The translations under genes were made by a program, and so were the position numbers. Below, in pieces: positions 40,279 through 50,785 of a stretch of 64,000 nucleotides of DNA; position 1 is the stretch's first letter, and each line of letters starts with the position of its first letter. The DNA comes from Methanosarcinaceae archaeon UBA470 (GTDB lineage: Archaea > Halobacteriota > Methanosarcinia > Methanosarcinales > Methanosarcinaceae): positions 44,458 to 108,457 of the forward strand of contig DAKU01000147.1 of NCBI GenBank assembly GCA_002508425.1, written 5' to 3'. Under the pieces are notes generated by a model that did no database searches, had not been told where the DNA came from, and saw only the letters and a list, made by a program, of their open reading frames with translations.

Positions 40279-41754
40279 TCATCTATTTTTTCCCACAAAA
40301 TCCACAAAACTCCTCGCGAATTCTTCATAAGAGCTTGCCACAAGATGAGCATAGCTGCCCAGTGTGTTCTTTACTATGAGTCCGTCCCAGCCGTCGATGA
40401 TGCCGGTGCCACGGGAGAGTTTAATGGCGAATTGTGCATCTGCGGGCAGTTCTGTGACCTCAGAGTGGTGGAATTCGTGGGCTCGGAAGTTGTTCCCAGT
40501 TTTACCTATTACAGTATCAAGAGCTAGGGAACCGATATTGTAGCTTACCACGCGTTTGTGTCCCATGAGAGTATGTCCCGGGAGTGCGCCTACCATTTCG
40601 TGGGTGGATTCGGGCATCTCTGCCATATGGTATGCACCTTTTCCCTTCACTCCGGTTGTGAGCTTTTTGGTAAGGTACATCAGACCGCCACATTCTCCAT
40701 ATATGGGAAGTCCAGCCTCAGATGCTGCTTTTATATCTTCGCGCATGGATGCATTTGCCTCAAGCTCTGCAGCGAACAGTTCAGGATAACCGCCGCCAAT
40801 GTATATTCCATCCACATCCGGCAGATGTTTGTCATGCACCGGGCTGAAATACTTGAGTTGTGCTCCTGCAAGCTCCAGCAGCTCAAGGTTATCATGATAA
40901 TAAAAGTTGAAAGCCTCGTCCAGAGCAATACCGATGACTGGCTTCTCTGCTACTTCTCTCTTTATGAAGGTCGTGTTTTCCGGTCTTGGAAGCGGAGCTG
41001 CCTGCCTGGCAATGTCCAGCACTTTCTCTATGTCCACGTCCTCTGAGATAACATCCCTGATGGTGCTGATCCTGGCATCGAAATCAGGGGATCTGCGGCG
41101 CTCTTCGATGGCAGGCACAAGTCCCAGGTGGCGCATGGAGATCATCATCTCGTTGTTGCGGTGGATGATTCCTATTATGGGTACGCCGGTATAGTGTTCG
41201 ATGGCTTCCTTTGCCTTCATGGCATGCCGCTGACCACCGATATTATTCAATATCACACCTGCAATGTTCACCTGCGGATCAAAAGCCTTGAAACCCGATA
41301 CAATGGCAGCAGCCGAGCGTGTAATGCTGCGCGCGTTAAGTACAAGAATAACAGCACAATTCAGGATCTTCGCTATCTGTGCAGTGCTGCCAATGTCACT
41401 CAAACTCTCCAGGCCCTCATACAGCCCCCGCACACCCTCAATAATGGCAATATCAGCCTCTCCGTCCACTTCACATCCGTGCAGGAACACATCACGCACT
41501 CTCTCCTCATCCATCAGGTAGCCATCGATGTTCCGCGCCCGGTGTCCTGTGATCTCAGTATAGTAGCTGGGGTCGATGTAATCCAGTCCCACCTTGAACG
41601 GCTGCACCTTATGTCCGGCTTTTGAGAGGGCAGCCAGAAGGCCAATAGTAACAGTGGTCTTACCTGAAGAAGAGCTTCCTGCAGAGATGAGAACTCTGGG
41701 AATGTGTTTCTCCCTGTCGGATGCCATAGGTTGCATGTTGGGGGGAGTGCTCAT
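40279..41754 (-). CDS. cfbB: Ni-sirohydrochlorin a,c-diamide synthase (CbiA/CobB-family amidotransferase)
   Basis: 491-aa ORF with the P-loop ISAGSSSSGKTTV, the C-terminal GATase motif GECGGLMYL, and placement next to NifH/NifD-like and Mur-ligase-like genes. Confidence 0.85.
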   Translation of the reverse strand: MSTPPNMQPMASDREKHIPRVLISAGSSSSGKTTVTIGLLAALSKAGHKVQPFKVGLDYIDPSYYTEITGHRARNIDGYLMDEERVRDVFLHGCEVDGEADIAIIEGVRGLYEGLESLSDIGSTAQIAKILNCAVILVLNARSITRSAAAIVSGFKAFDPQVNIAGVILNNIGGQRHAMKAKEAIEHYTGVPIIGIIHRNNEMMISMRHLGLVPAIEERRRSPDFDARISTIRDVISEDVDIEKVLDIARQAAPLPRPENTTFIKREVAEKPVIGIALDEAFNFYYHDNLELLELAGAQLKYFSPVHDKHLPDVDGIYIGGGYPELFAAELEANASMREDIKAASEAGLPIYGECGGLMYLTKKLTTGVKGKGAYHMAEMPESTHEMVGALPGHTLMGHKRVVSYNIGSLALDTVIGKTGNNFRAHEFHHSEVTELPADAQFAIKLSRGTGIIDGWDGLIVKNTLGSYAHLVASSYEEFARSFVDFVGKNR

Positions 41755-41759
41755 GTGGA

Positions 41760-42560
41760 TCAGCGTGTAAGTTCTCTCAATCTTTCATCATCCAGTGATG
41801 TTGGCAATGCAGAATCTGAATTTGACATGATCGCCCGGGCAAGATCACGGTAAACCTGTGAAATGTCCGAATCAGGGGCTTTTTCAAGCACAGAGAAACC
41901 ATCTCTTTCACAGTCCTGCACTATCTGCTCTTTAGGAATGAAAGCAACTAGTTTGCTCCCAATTTCCTCGGCGAACCTGCGCACGATATCCTCTTCCCTT
42001 GTAACGCTTCGAGAGTTGCAGATAACACCGCTAAGACGGGTATCAATCTTGCTAAGTCCCTTGCAGATATTATTTGCAGCGTACAGCGGCATGTATTCGC
42101 CTGATGTCAGCACGTATGCGTCGTTCACAAGCCCTTTCTTGATAGGGGCTACAAAGCCACCACATACGATATCTCCGGGTACGTCATAGATGATAAGGTC
42201 CATCTCATCCATTTCCTTGCACATATCCCTAAGTGTCTTTATGGCCACGATGATGCCACGCCCGGCACATCCAATACCAGGTTCGGGACCACCGACTTCC
42301 ACGCACCTTACATCCCTGTATCCGTGGAAAACAATGTCCCCTTCCTTCACTTTTACACCCTGCCTTAGCAGGTCCAGGATGGTGGGTATTCGTCTGCCGC
42401 CCAAAAGCGTGATGGATGAATCACTCTTTGGGTCACATCCTATAATCATTACTTTGTACCCTTCCTCGGCACATGCGGCAGCAACATTGGATGCAGTGCT
42501 AGATTTCCCAATGCCTCCCTTGCCATAGATAGCTATACGTTTCTGTTTTTCCATATACAT
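41760..42560 (-). CDS. cfbC: Ni-sirohydrochlorin a,c-diamide reductive cyclase, NifH-like ATPase component
   Basis: ORF 41760..42614. The ATG at 42560 removes the overlap with cfbD. It has [12 protein letters not shown] and the cluster ligands CAGRG and CGGF. It is not a nitrogenase: no nifK/nifEN context. Confidence 0.85.
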   Translation of the reverse strand: MYMEKQKRIAIYGKGGIGKSSTASNVAAACAEEGYKVMIIGCDPKSDSSITLLGGRRIPTILDLLRQGVKVKEGDIVFHGYRDVRCVEVGGPEPGIGCAGRGIIVAIKTLRDMCKEMDEMDLIIYDVPGDIVCGGFVAPIKKGLVNDAYVLTSGEYMPLYAANNICKGLSKIDTRLSGVICNSRSVTREEDIVRRFAEEIGSKLVAFIPKEQIVQDCERDGFSVLEKAPDSDISQVYRDLARAIMSNSDSALPTSLDDERLRELTR

Positions 42561-42564
42561 CGCC

Positions 42565-43704
42565 TCATGCAGAACCATCTGACATCTCTCTTGCCATTTC
42601 CCGAAGCGTTGCACCCAGTTCGGACTCCACGATGTGGTTCACTCCTAAAGTCTTTGGATGTAGGTCTATCTCCACTACCACGTGCTTGTGACCCATTTCC
42701 TTCAGAGGCAGCACCTGCCGGGGACCATTTGTAACCGAAATAATTTCCATGTTGCTGATGTGCTCCATGGGTATTGCATGAGGAACGCCGGTGATCACGG
42801 CAAAATCATACTCCGCATATTTCTTAACTATCAGGTCGTCAACCACATTGCCTGCAATGGGATATTCGTCCAGTCCTCCGGTTATTTCGTGTATCTGTAT
42901 ACCTTTTTCCTTCAGGTCGCTCATAATATTGCGGGCATGGTCCCTTACACGCGGCAGGCCAAGTGATTCATCCAGGTTTGCCATGTTAACTACATTTGCG
43001 GAAACTCCCATCAGGGATGCAACTTCGTGTAAAGCCAGTGTGATGTCTGCGAACATATAGCCCGTTTCCTTCTTAGCGTTCATTATCACAATGCCTTTCT
43101 TGCCTTCCCTAAGCAACTCGATGATGCGCTGTGCCACCTTGTACTTCAGGTCTCCTCTTGATGGAGCCAGGTATTCCTTGCTGGCGGCACCGTGGCGTTT
43201 TTCCACTTCCGTTGCCTCTTCCAGGAGCACTTTCTGGCGCTCGAACTCTTCTCTGTCTATAACTCCTACGTCCAGCGCAGATTCCAGGGTGATCAGCACA
43301 CCTTTTGTATTATTTGCATATCCTGCATGCACCTCAACCTCTATGACCGGTACATCAAGGTTGGCATCCATCACCGGCTCATGCAGTTCCTCTCCAATAA
43401 TCATGCTGGCGCACGTCCCAACAACGCCTATCAACTTTGGGTGGAACATCTCATTGACCTTTTCAAGCACTGAAGAAAGCTCCCTGCGCCCTCCGAATAC
43501 AAAACCGTTTTCATCAAGGGCCGTGGTAACTACATGTATCCCATCTTCTTCCAGAAGCCTCGCATGCTTAAAAGAACATCCAGGTGGTCCATGCAATATA
43601 GCAACATCCACATTCAGATCCCTTAGGGTGTACAACGCAGCAACTATCGAACTCGGTCTGGGGTGTATTATAGATATGTCCTTCGCAGCCATGCTATTCT
43701 CCAT
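42565..43704 (-). CDS. cfbD: Ni-sirohydrochlorin a,c-diamide reductive cyclase, NifD/NifE-like component
   Basis: 379-aa ORF with an oxidoreductase/nitrogenase component 1-like pattern (ILHGPPGC), immediately upstream of cfbC. Confidence 0.8.
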   Translation of the reverse strand: MENSMAAKDISIIHPRPSSIVAALYTLRDLNVDVAILHGPPGCSFKHARLLEEDGIHVVTTALDENGFVFGGRRELSSVLEKVNEMFHPKLIGVVGTCASMIIGEELHEPVMDANLDVPVIEVEVHAGYANNTKGVLITLESALDVGVIDREEFERQKVLLEEATEVEKRHGAASKEYLAPSRGDLKYKVAQRIIELLREGKKGIVIMNAKKETGYMFADITLALHEVASLMGVSANVVNMANLDESLGLPRVRDHARNIMSDLKEKGIQIHEITGGLDEYPIAGNVVDDLIVKKYAEYDFAVITGVPHAIPMEHISNMEIISVTNGPRQVLPLKEMGHKHVVVEIDLHPKTLGVNHIVESELGATLREMAREMSDGSA

Positions 43705-43833
43705 GGTGTCATATGATTGTTATGATATTTCCTTAAAGAAGTATGATTTTTTACACTTAGTCAAATGCTACTTTTGCATATACTACAGCCTTCTGATATA
43801 AAAGGGCTATTTTATGGGACAGCCCCCATCTTT

Positions 43834-45255
43834 TCAGCGGAAGCACTTCACGCATAGAACAATAATAACTTCAGCAGTACTCTTTTTCCGGGCAAGTTCC
43901 ATTGCACATGTCTTTCCAATGTCAAAACTCTTTGTATAATGGATATTTCCAGTTGCTAGGAGCTTCATCCTCTCGCCCACAAGTATCAGCTCATCCATAT
44001 CCTCCAACCTGCGCCCAACCAGATCGGCAACATCCTCCGGTGGCAGTCCTTCACATACCTGTGCAGCTTCTTCTCCCAGCACCATAATGACCCTTTTCCT
44101 GCTTTTTAAACAATGGTCAAGTGCTTTTTCCACTGAAACTATATCCATTCCAGAGTTAGAGTTATCCAGGAGTCTTATGTCCTCTTCTACCATCTCCTGC
44201 ATCCTTCCCTGCAAACCTCTGAACTGCTGTATTGTTTCTTTCACATTTTTCAGTGGTATCGATATTTCAAAGGCTGCTGCACAGGATGCGGCAAAAGCTG
44301 TCATGTATGACTTTGCATCATATCCCTCTACAAGACAGAATTCAATTATTTCTTCCCCGCATATTATGGAAAAATTATTATTGTGCACGTTCAGGCAATA
44401 ATCACTATTATGAGTTTCATTTTCACCCTTATTCACTATGCTGAATGTACTGATGTTTTCTGATGCAAGTGGTAGGTCCAATTGTTTCAATGCTTTTTTG
44501 CAGTTTTCATTGAGCACAAAGAGTGTATTCTCAGAGCAGTTGAGCAAAGACTTTACCTTTGCTTCACTTGCCATGGATGTTTTGCCTGCGATCATGTAAT
44601 CCATGTCAAAGGTTGTGATTATACCAACACTTCCACATCCTGTGACTCCAAGGGATATCTCGAATATGTATGCTTCTATCTTCTTGTCTAGTGATCCTGC
44701 AATATCCATCACCTGCAGGATGCTCCCCGGAGCAATGCTCAAGCCTTTATGGATCAGCTGGCATACGCCGTCCTCCCATAGTTCCAGCCCCCTGGAAGTG
44801 TGCAGCACAACAGTAAGTTTTCTTGAGATCATATCCGCCAGCAAGGATGCGGTACTAGTCTTTGCCTTGGTGCCTGTAACTTCTATTATAAGGGGGCAGT
44901 TGCCCGTATCTGTGCATGCCAGGATCTCTCCTACGGCTCTGTGATGAGATATTGACGGAATATGTTTATCCCTTGTCTGTCGGAGCATGACATGGTCCGG
45001 ATATAGGTGCACAGGGCTTATCAACAGGTCAAAATCATCAATAAGGCAGCTTTTTTCCATCATCCGGATGCCATCTGCTTCCAGATAACTGCATTGCTCT
45101 ACGGAGAGTGTTCCGTAAACATCCACTCCTGTCACATTGAATTCAAGCTCTTTGAGCTTACGGGCAATGATAACCCCTCCATGTGTCATATCGAGAACAG
45201 CTATATTTTTTATTGCCGGATCGGTAAGGTGACAGTACATGCCCCGAAAAAGCAC
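43834..45255 (-). CDS. cfbE: coenzyme F430 synthetase (Mur-ligase-like)
   Basis: 473-aa ORF with the Mur ligase P-loop VTGTKAKTSTASLL. It heads the cfbE-D-C-B gene string. The exact start is uncertain (several early Met). Confidence 0.8.
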   Translation of the reverse strand: MLFRGMYCHLTDPAIKNIAVLDMTHGGVIIARKLKELEFNVTGVDVYGTLSVEQCSYLEADGIRMMEKSCLIDDFDLLISPVHLYPDHVMLRQTRDKHIPSISHHRAVGEILACTDTGNCPLIIEVTGTKAKTSTASLLADMISRKLTVVLHTSRGLELWEDGVCQLIHKGLSIAPGSILQVMDIAGSLDKKIEAYIFEISLGVTGCGSVGIITTFDMDYMIAGKTSMASEAKVKSLLNCSENTLFVLNENCKKALKQLDLPLASENISTFSIVNKGENETHNSDYCLNVHNNNFSIICGEEIIEFCLVEGYDAKSYMTAFAASCAAAFEISIPLKNVKETIQQFRGLQGRMQEMVEEDIRLLDNSNSGMDIVSVEKALDHCLKSRKRVIMVLGEEAAQVCEGLPPEDVADLVGRRLEDMDELILVGERMKLLATGNIHYTKSFDIGKTCAMELARKKSTAEVIIVLCVKCFR

Positions 45256-45354
45256 TTAAAAATAGATAAGTTCAACGATTATAAAACGCACTAAAAGATA
45301 AAGATTGGCCGGTCAAGACCGATCTAAGTCAAATTACAATCTGTATATGAGATA

Positions 45355-45981
45355 TTAGTTTTCATCATCAGCTTCATCGTTCTTATAGCTGTCACTTCCC
45401 ATCATGGCGGCGGCAATGGAGTCTATACCGTCCATCCACTCAGCTACAAGTCCATAAGGGATATCTTCCATTATGTCATCCGGCAATTTACGCCCGTTGA
45501 TGATCAGTGCACCCATTTCTGCTACCTTATCCAGTGAGATCTCTATACTATCTGCTGCCTCTGCTTCGAGTGCCTGCTTTAGCAGAGTGGGTATTCTTGA
45601 TTTCTTATTAAAATCTTGTCCAATGTAGCATTCAAAGGCAGCAAAAGTCCCTATTAGTGACGTCTGCATTGAAGCTATCATCAAATCTATATCATCGGAT
45701 ATGGGATCGATTTCTGCAAGGGCGATATCCTTTATCTGAGAGATCAAATGGAAAGCAGATTCTGCGGAGATGAGTTTCTTATCGAACTTTGCTACTACTT
45801 TCAGGCATGCAAGTATGATGTCATCTTCCATGTTGATGAAAACTGCACTGTCTTTATCCTGTAGTTCATCAGATTCCTTGAACTCAAAACCGCTCTCTTT
45901 AACCTGGGTTATCCAGTTGTTCCACCTTTCCATGGTATAAAAATCATGGGATAGGATCTCTGTTTCCATATCAGACATCAA
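45355..45981 (-). CDS. conserved acidic hypothetical protein (possibly DUF2150 family)
   Basis: 208-aa ORF, strongly acidic (D/E-rich termini), with no recognisable catalytic motif. The family name is from memory only. Confidence 0.5.
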   Translation of the reverse strand: MMSDMETEILSHDFYTMERWNNWITQVKESGFEFKESDELQDKDSAVFINMEDDIILACLKVVAKFDKKLISAESAFHLISQIKDIALAEIDPISDDIDLMIASMQTSLIGTFAAFECYIGQDFNKKSRIPTLLKQALEAEAADSIEISLDKVAEMGALIINGRKLPDDIMEDIPYGLVAEWMDGIDSIAAAMMGSDSYKNDEADDEN

Positions 45982-46061
45982 ACACCTCTTTTAGGTTACG
46001 CTATGTTCTTAGCATTCTGCTAGTAGTATAAAAGACATTCGCATTAATCTCTGTTCAAATT

Positions 46062-46523
46062 TCATAACTGTAATTCTACCTTCTTCATTGGAGAGGCGCA
46101 CATGCCCTCACTTTCAATGTTCTCAAAGATATTAGTTATAGTACATTTATCTCCGGTACGCAGTCCTTGTGGGAAGAATAAATCATACAAGTTATCAGGA
46201 ATCTCTTTACATTTTGGGGGTTCATAGCTGATCTTGGCACCTTTTATAGCTTTTCTAGAATCCAGAATCGCCAGTACGGGAGATTTCACTACTTCTACTG
46301 CTATTACTCCCCCGTCATGAAGGAAACATTCATGCACAGAAGGGGCTTTTATTTTAACTACCTTGTATCTGCGTCCTTTTTCGAGGTTTAAACATGTGTT
46401 TTTGAGTTTACATTTATTGCACTCATTAGATTCACCTTCAAAGATGAAGTCCATGCCTTCTTTGGCAAGCCTTGATCCAATAAGAGTTATTGTAGTATCG
46501 ATTTCGACCATATCATCACACAC
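46062..46523 (-). CDS. UPF0179 family protein
   Basis: 153-aa ORF. ITLIGSRLAKEG..FIFEGESNECNKCKLKNTCLNLEKGRRYKVVKI matches the archaeal UPF0179 pattern as I recall it. Confidence 0.65.
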   Translation of the reverse strand: MCDDMVEIDTTITLIGSRLAKEGMDFIFEGESNECNKCKLKNTCLNLEKGRRYKVVKIKAPSVHECFLHDGGVIAVEVVKSPVLAILDSRKAIKGAKISYEPPKCKEIPDNLYDLFFPQGLRTGDKCTITNIFENIESEGMCASPMKKVELQL

Positions 46524-46541
46524 CTGAATCTAAATTATGTA

Positions 46542-47624
46542 TTACTCTATTATTTTAGTAATCTTTGCCACTCTCTCGGCTGCTTCGGGGGTAAGGCCTG
46601 AACCGAGTATAGTATATCTTTCCGGACGGATTGTATGTGCTAGAAGCAGAGCCTCCAATATATATTTATCTTCAATGCCAAGCTCTGCAGCAGTGGTAGG
46701 GGCATGCAATTTTCTTAGTCCATTTCTTATGCGCTCCCAGTCCCCTCCATGTAGGTACATCATCATGATAGTCCCTACTCCACACTGTTCTCCGTGCAGT
46801 GCAGGCTTTGGAGCCACCATATCAAGTGCATGGCTGAACATATGTTCAGAACCTGAAGCAGGTCTTGATGAGCCTGCTATGCTCATGGCAACGCCACTTG
46901 ATACCAGTGCTTTGACCACAATGCGTACTGAACTTTCAAGATCAGGTTTTATGGAATCTACAGAGTCCAGCACTATTTTAGCAGTCATCCGTGAAAGTGC
47001 GGCCGCATACTCACTGAATGGTTCGTCCCGAAGTCTGTAAGCTAATTCCCAGTCGCTCACTGCAGTGTAATTTGAGATAATATCTGCACAACCAGCTGCA
47101 AGCAGCCGGTATGGAGCATTTGCGATAATTTCTGTATCTGCAATGACTGCCATGGGGGCATTTGCTTCTACGGAAGTGACTCTTTTACCATCGTGTATAG
47201 ATGCCCTTGAAGATACTATTCCGTCATGTGAAGCTGCAGTTGGAACACTAATGAATGGAATCTTCAATTCCGTGGCTGCGAGCTTTGTCACATCTATGGA
47301 CTTCCCGCTGCCAACTCCCAATAGATAATTGGAGTCATTCTTTATAGCACATTCTTTTACGTGCTCAACTTCTTCTGTTGTAGCCGATTCCACCGTTGTC
47401 ACGTATGGATTGAGCCCGGCATCTGTAAGAATATCACATACGATATTTCCGGCTATATCCCGGGTATGCTTCCCTGTTACTATCAGAGGATTATTTCCAA
47501 ACTTTAGGTCGTCACAGACACTTTTTACTTCTCTTATTACTCCATGTCCTATTACAATATCTCTGGGTAATTGCATCCATTTTGCGTTCTCTTCTCTGGG
47601 TGGGATCACTTTGAATACCTGCAA
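46542..47624 (-). CDS. egsA: sn-glycerol-1-phosphate dehydrogenase
   Basis: 360-aa ORF of the iron-containing alcohol/glycerol dehydrogenase fold ([37 protein letters not shown]). The size and [11 protein letters not shown] start are typical of archaeal G1PDH. Confidence 0.85.
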   Translation of the reverse strand: MQVFKVIPPREENAKWMQLPRDIVIGHGVIREVKSVCDDLKFGNNPLIVTGKHTRDIAGNIVCDILTDAGLNPYVTTVESATTEEVEHVKECAIKNDSNYLLGVGSGKSIDVTKLAATELKIPFISVPTAASHDGIVSSRASIHDGKRVTSVEANAPMAVIADTEIIANAPYRLLAAGCADIISNYTAVSDWELAYRLRDEPFSEYAAALSRMTAKIVLDSVDSIKPDLESSVRIVVKALVSSGVAMSIAGSSRPASGSEHMFSHALDMVAPKPALHGEQCGVGTIMMMYLHGGDWERIRNGLRKLHAPTTAAELGIEDKYILEALLLAHTIRPERYTILGSGLTPEAAERVAKITKIIE

Positions 47625-47740
47625 TAATTTTGTGATTAAATTATATTAAATGTACTTGGAATGTTCTCGATGACATAAGTTATTAAACATTAATTCTATT
47701 AAGGATATTCCTGTAGCATCGCATAAACATTTGAGGTTCA

Positions 47741-48592
47741 ATGACTTCGTATATAGATAAGGTTTCAGGATTTATAAACACATATTATATAGACCCGATC
47801 CTGCAAGATGAAGGTTATAACATAGTTAATACCCTTACATGGGCTATCATACTCGGGCTATGTATATTTGCTGTTGTCAGGTTACTTAAAAAATTGGATA
47901 TACAGGCAAACAACCGATTCATAGCGGCAATAGTGCCCTTTGTGCTTGCGGGATCTTCTATGCGGGTTTATGAAGATGCAGGAATTATACAATATCCTTT
48001 CAATTTGCTCCTGATAACTCCTATTATCTATTTTGTTGTTTTCTTTATCACGCTGGTATGTCTAATTATAGCTAAAGCAATCAGCAAAAAGTGGGCAGGA
48101 AAAAGCACGGAATCCATTTTTGCATCCATGGGAGCTCTCTGGTTCATTTGTAATATATCTTTGCTTCTTAGTTTTCAAAGAATCGTTCTTCCAATGGTAT
48201 TGGTATACATCCTTGGCCTGGGGGCATTGGCAACACTTTTTGTTTACTTTGTAGCAAACAAAGTAGGTTTTGGAGTACTTACGGACAAGTTGAATTTATC
48301 CATACTTGGTGCTCACATGCTGGATGCTTCTTCAACGTTCATAGGAGTGGATTTTCTGGGATACTATGAAAAGCATGTATTGCCCTCTTATCTCATTGAT
48401 TTGACAGGGACAGCATTTGTGATGTATCCGTTGAAGCTAGCCATATTTATCCCTGTGCTGTACATAATAGATACTAATTTCGATGAAGATGCCGAGTCGC
48501 GCAACCTTAGGACATTTGTAAAGTTAGTGATCCTTGTGCTCGGGCTCTCACCTGCATGCAGGAACACTATACGCATGGTTTTCGGGATATGA
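47741..48592 (+). CDS. DUF63 family integral membrane protein
   Basis: 283-aa ORF with about 7 hydrophobic segments and the conserved-looking HMLDASSTFIGVDFLGYYEKHVLP block. Confidence 0.6.
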   Translation: MTSYIDKVSGFINTYYIDPILQDEGYNIVNTLTWAIILGLCIFAVVRLLKKLDIQANNRFIAAIVPFVLAGSSMRVYEDAGIIQYPFNLLLITPIIYFVVFFITLVCLIIAKAISKKWAGKSTESIFASMGALWFICNISLLLSFQRIVLPMVLVYILGLGALATLFVYFVANKVGFGVLTDKLNLSILGAHMLDASSTFIGVDFLGYYEKHVLPSYLIDLTGTAFVMYPLKLAIFIPVLYIIDTNFDEDAESRNLRTFVKLVILVLGLSPACRNTIRMVFGI

Positions 48593-49203
48593 TTAATATG
48601 TACAATGTTAGCAACAAGGAACAAGCGCTACAATATATAAAGGATATACGCAGAGAAATAGGACTCGTATCCATATTGTTCGTATTATCTATGGTCATAG
48701 GATATGTGGTTGCCATTATGTACCCTGACATGGTAATGCAATCGTTGGAGGAACTTGAAGGGGTTGTGGAGTTATTAAAACACCTTTCTCTAATACAGAT
48801 AATGTTTCTTATCTTCCTGAACAATGCCCTTAAGAGCTTACTTATATTGGTACTTGGTATCGGCTTTGGTATAGTGCCATTGCTTTTTATTGCGTATAAT
48901 GGATATTTCCTGGGTATTTTCAGTCATAAAATCCTGATGGAGCAAAGTCTTCTTTATTTAATGGGTGGCCTTCTTCCACATGGTATTATTGAAATTCCTA
49001 TGGTGGTGATCTCAGCTGCTATAGGCGTAAGATTGGGACTTAAAGGACTTGCTTCCCTTAAGGGAGAACAAGTGTACTTAAAGGAAGAAATGATCACAGG
49101 TATCAAATTCTTCTTTTACTGGATCATGCCACTGCTTTTCATAGCTGCTGTTGTTGAAACATTTCTCACTTCAGCTATCATAGGCGTGTTGAGCCAACTG
49201 TAA
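48589..49203 (+). CDS. SpoIIM-like (DUF95) membrane protein
   Basis: ORF 48556..49203. The ATG at 48589 is preferred because it forms an ATGA overlap with the DUF63 stop. LPHGIIEIPMVVISAAIG is the family motif. Confidence 0.65.
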   Translation: MINMYNVSNKEQALQYIKDIRREIGLVSILFVLSMVIGYVVAIMYPDMVMQSLEELEGVVELLKHLSLIQIMFLIFLNNALKSLLILVLGIGFGIVPLLFIAYNGYFLGIFSHKILMEQSLLYLMGGLLPHGIIEIPMVVISAAIGVRLGLKGLASLKGEQVYLKEEMITGIKFFFYWIMPLLFIAAVVETFLTSAIIGVLSQL

Positions 49204-49275
49204 TAAAATATTAAAAAGATTGACACAAAGCCTATATATTTCATTGATATGTGTGAAGACAAGAGAGGGTATAAG

Positions 49276-50433
49276 ATGATAGACAGAAAAGAGATTGTAG
49301 ATATCGTTCAAGATTATAATCCCGAAAAGATCAAGATCGGAGCAATTGCTTCTCATTCCGCATTAGACGTATTTGATGGTGCAGTAGAAGAGGATTTCCG
49401 CACTTTTGCCATATGCCAGCAGGGAAGAGAGAAAACGTATTCTCATTATTTCAAAGCTCAAAGGGACGCTTACGGAAAGGTAAAGCGTGGCATTGTCGAT
49501 GAATCTGTGATGCTCAAGAAGTTCAATGAGGTACTGCTTCCTCAAAATCAGCAGATGTTGCGTGACAACAATATTCTTTTCATTCCAAACAGGTCATTTA
49601 CTTCATACTGCGGAATAGATGAGGTAGAGAATGATTTTGCTGTGCCTATAGTAGGCAGCAGGAACATGCTCAGAAGTGAAGAAAGAGGTATTGACCGCGA
49701 TTATTACTGGCTGCTGGAGAAAGCTGGTCTTCCCTTCCCCGAAAGGATCAATCATCCTCAGGATATAGAAGAGCTTTCAATAGTGAAACTTCCACATGCT
49801 GTCAAGAAGCTGGAGAGGGGTTTTTTCACAGCTGCAACCTATGAGGAATATTTGAAGAAATCGGAAGCATTGCTTAAGCAAGGCGTGATCACGCGGGAAG
49901 CTCTGGACAATGCGAGGATTGAGAGATACGTTATCGGTCCGGTGTTCAACTTTGATATGTTCTACTCTCCCATTGAGGAAGAAATGAGCAAACTTGAGAT
50001 CCTTGGTATAGACTGGCGCTTTGAGACCAGCCTAGACGGTCATGTACGTCTGCCTGCACCCCAGCAGATAACTCTTGCAGAGCACCAGCTTACTCCTGAA
50101 TACACTGTATGTGGGCACAATTCTTCCACATTGCGCGAATCCCTGTTGGAGGATGTTTTCATGCTGGCTGAGAAGTACATTGATGCAGCCAGTAAGCACT
50201 ATGATCCAGGGGTCATAGGACCTTTCTGCCTGCAAACATGTATCGATAAGGATCTTAATTTCCACATATATGATGTTGCACCCAGAGTTGGCGGCGGCAC
50301 CAATGTGCACATGTCAGTGGGCCACCCCTACGGTAACACCATATGGCGAAAGAACATGAGTACTGGAAGACGTATAGCTTTTGAGATAAGAAGAGCTATT
50401 GAGATGGGAGAGTTGGGTCGTATTGTGACCTAA
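49276..50433 (+). CDS. purP: 5-formaminoimidazole-4-carboxamide ribonucleotide (FAICAR) synthetase PurP
   Basis: ORF 49249..50433. The ATG at 49276 is preferred (GAGGG upstream). IKIGAIASHSALDV and an ATP-grasp-like C-terminal half are typical of archaeal PurP. Confidence 0.85.
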   Translation: MIDRKEIVDIVQDYNPEKIKIGAIASHSALDVFDGAVEEDFRTFAICQQGREKTYSHYFKAQRDAYGKVKRGIVDESVMLKKFNEVLLPQNQQMLRDNNILFIPNRSFTSYCGIDEVENDFAVPIVGSRNMLRSEERGIDRDYYWLLEKAGLPFPERINHPQDIEELSIVKLPHAVKKLERGFFTAATYEEYLKKSEALLKQGVITREALDNARIERYVIGPVFNFDMFYSPIEEEMSKLEILGIDWRFETSLDGHVRLPAPQQITLAEHQLTPEYTVCGHNSSTLRESLLEDVFMLAEKYIDAASKHYDPGVIGPFCLQTCIDKDLNFHIYDVAPRVGGGTNVHMSVGHPYGNTIWRKNMSTGRRIAFEIRRAIEMGELGRIVT

Positions 50434-50785
50434 CTTTTTCGTCAGTTATACTAAATATTTACAATTATGCAGATAGATTATGCAATGATTGTTGTGGGTG
50501 TATTCTTGCTGCAGGGATGTTGGTTATGTCTTTGAAGACTTCAATATACGGTTCCACCCAGAATATATTTACATGATTTGTTGTATATCTGTATGAGTTT
50601 AGATTCTATCTACTATAGATAAGTAGGTTTAATACGTAGATATTACTAAAACGTTGAAATCATTTAAATACCAGAAACCAAATGATAACAACGGTCTGGA
50701 GCAAAATATCATCCGGTCATTAGACCGATTGCACGTATTGCTACGTACTTTTATTATTATTTGCCCATCGGAGGGAAATCAGGAA

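Noticed and set aside
41760-43704. NifH/NifD-like genes as a nitrogenase
   Set aside because: There are no nifK, nifE/N or nifB or P-II genes nearby. The NifD-like protein is only 379 aa. The genes are flanked by CbiA-like and Mur-ligase-like genes, which is the F430 (cfb) arrangement.
50485-50535. 16-codon hydrophobic micro-ORF (MIVVGVFLLQGCWLCL) in the purP/aIF2-gamma spacer
   Set aside because: It is too short, has no RBS, and nothing distinguishes it from chance in an AT-rich spacer.
50654-50785. Upstream 44-codon extension of the aIF2-gamma ORF
   Set aside because: The extension ([14 protein letters not shown]...[11 protein letters not shown]) has no counterpart in aIF2-gamma as I know it. 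A GGAGGG + TTG start at 50786 gives the canonical N-terminus.
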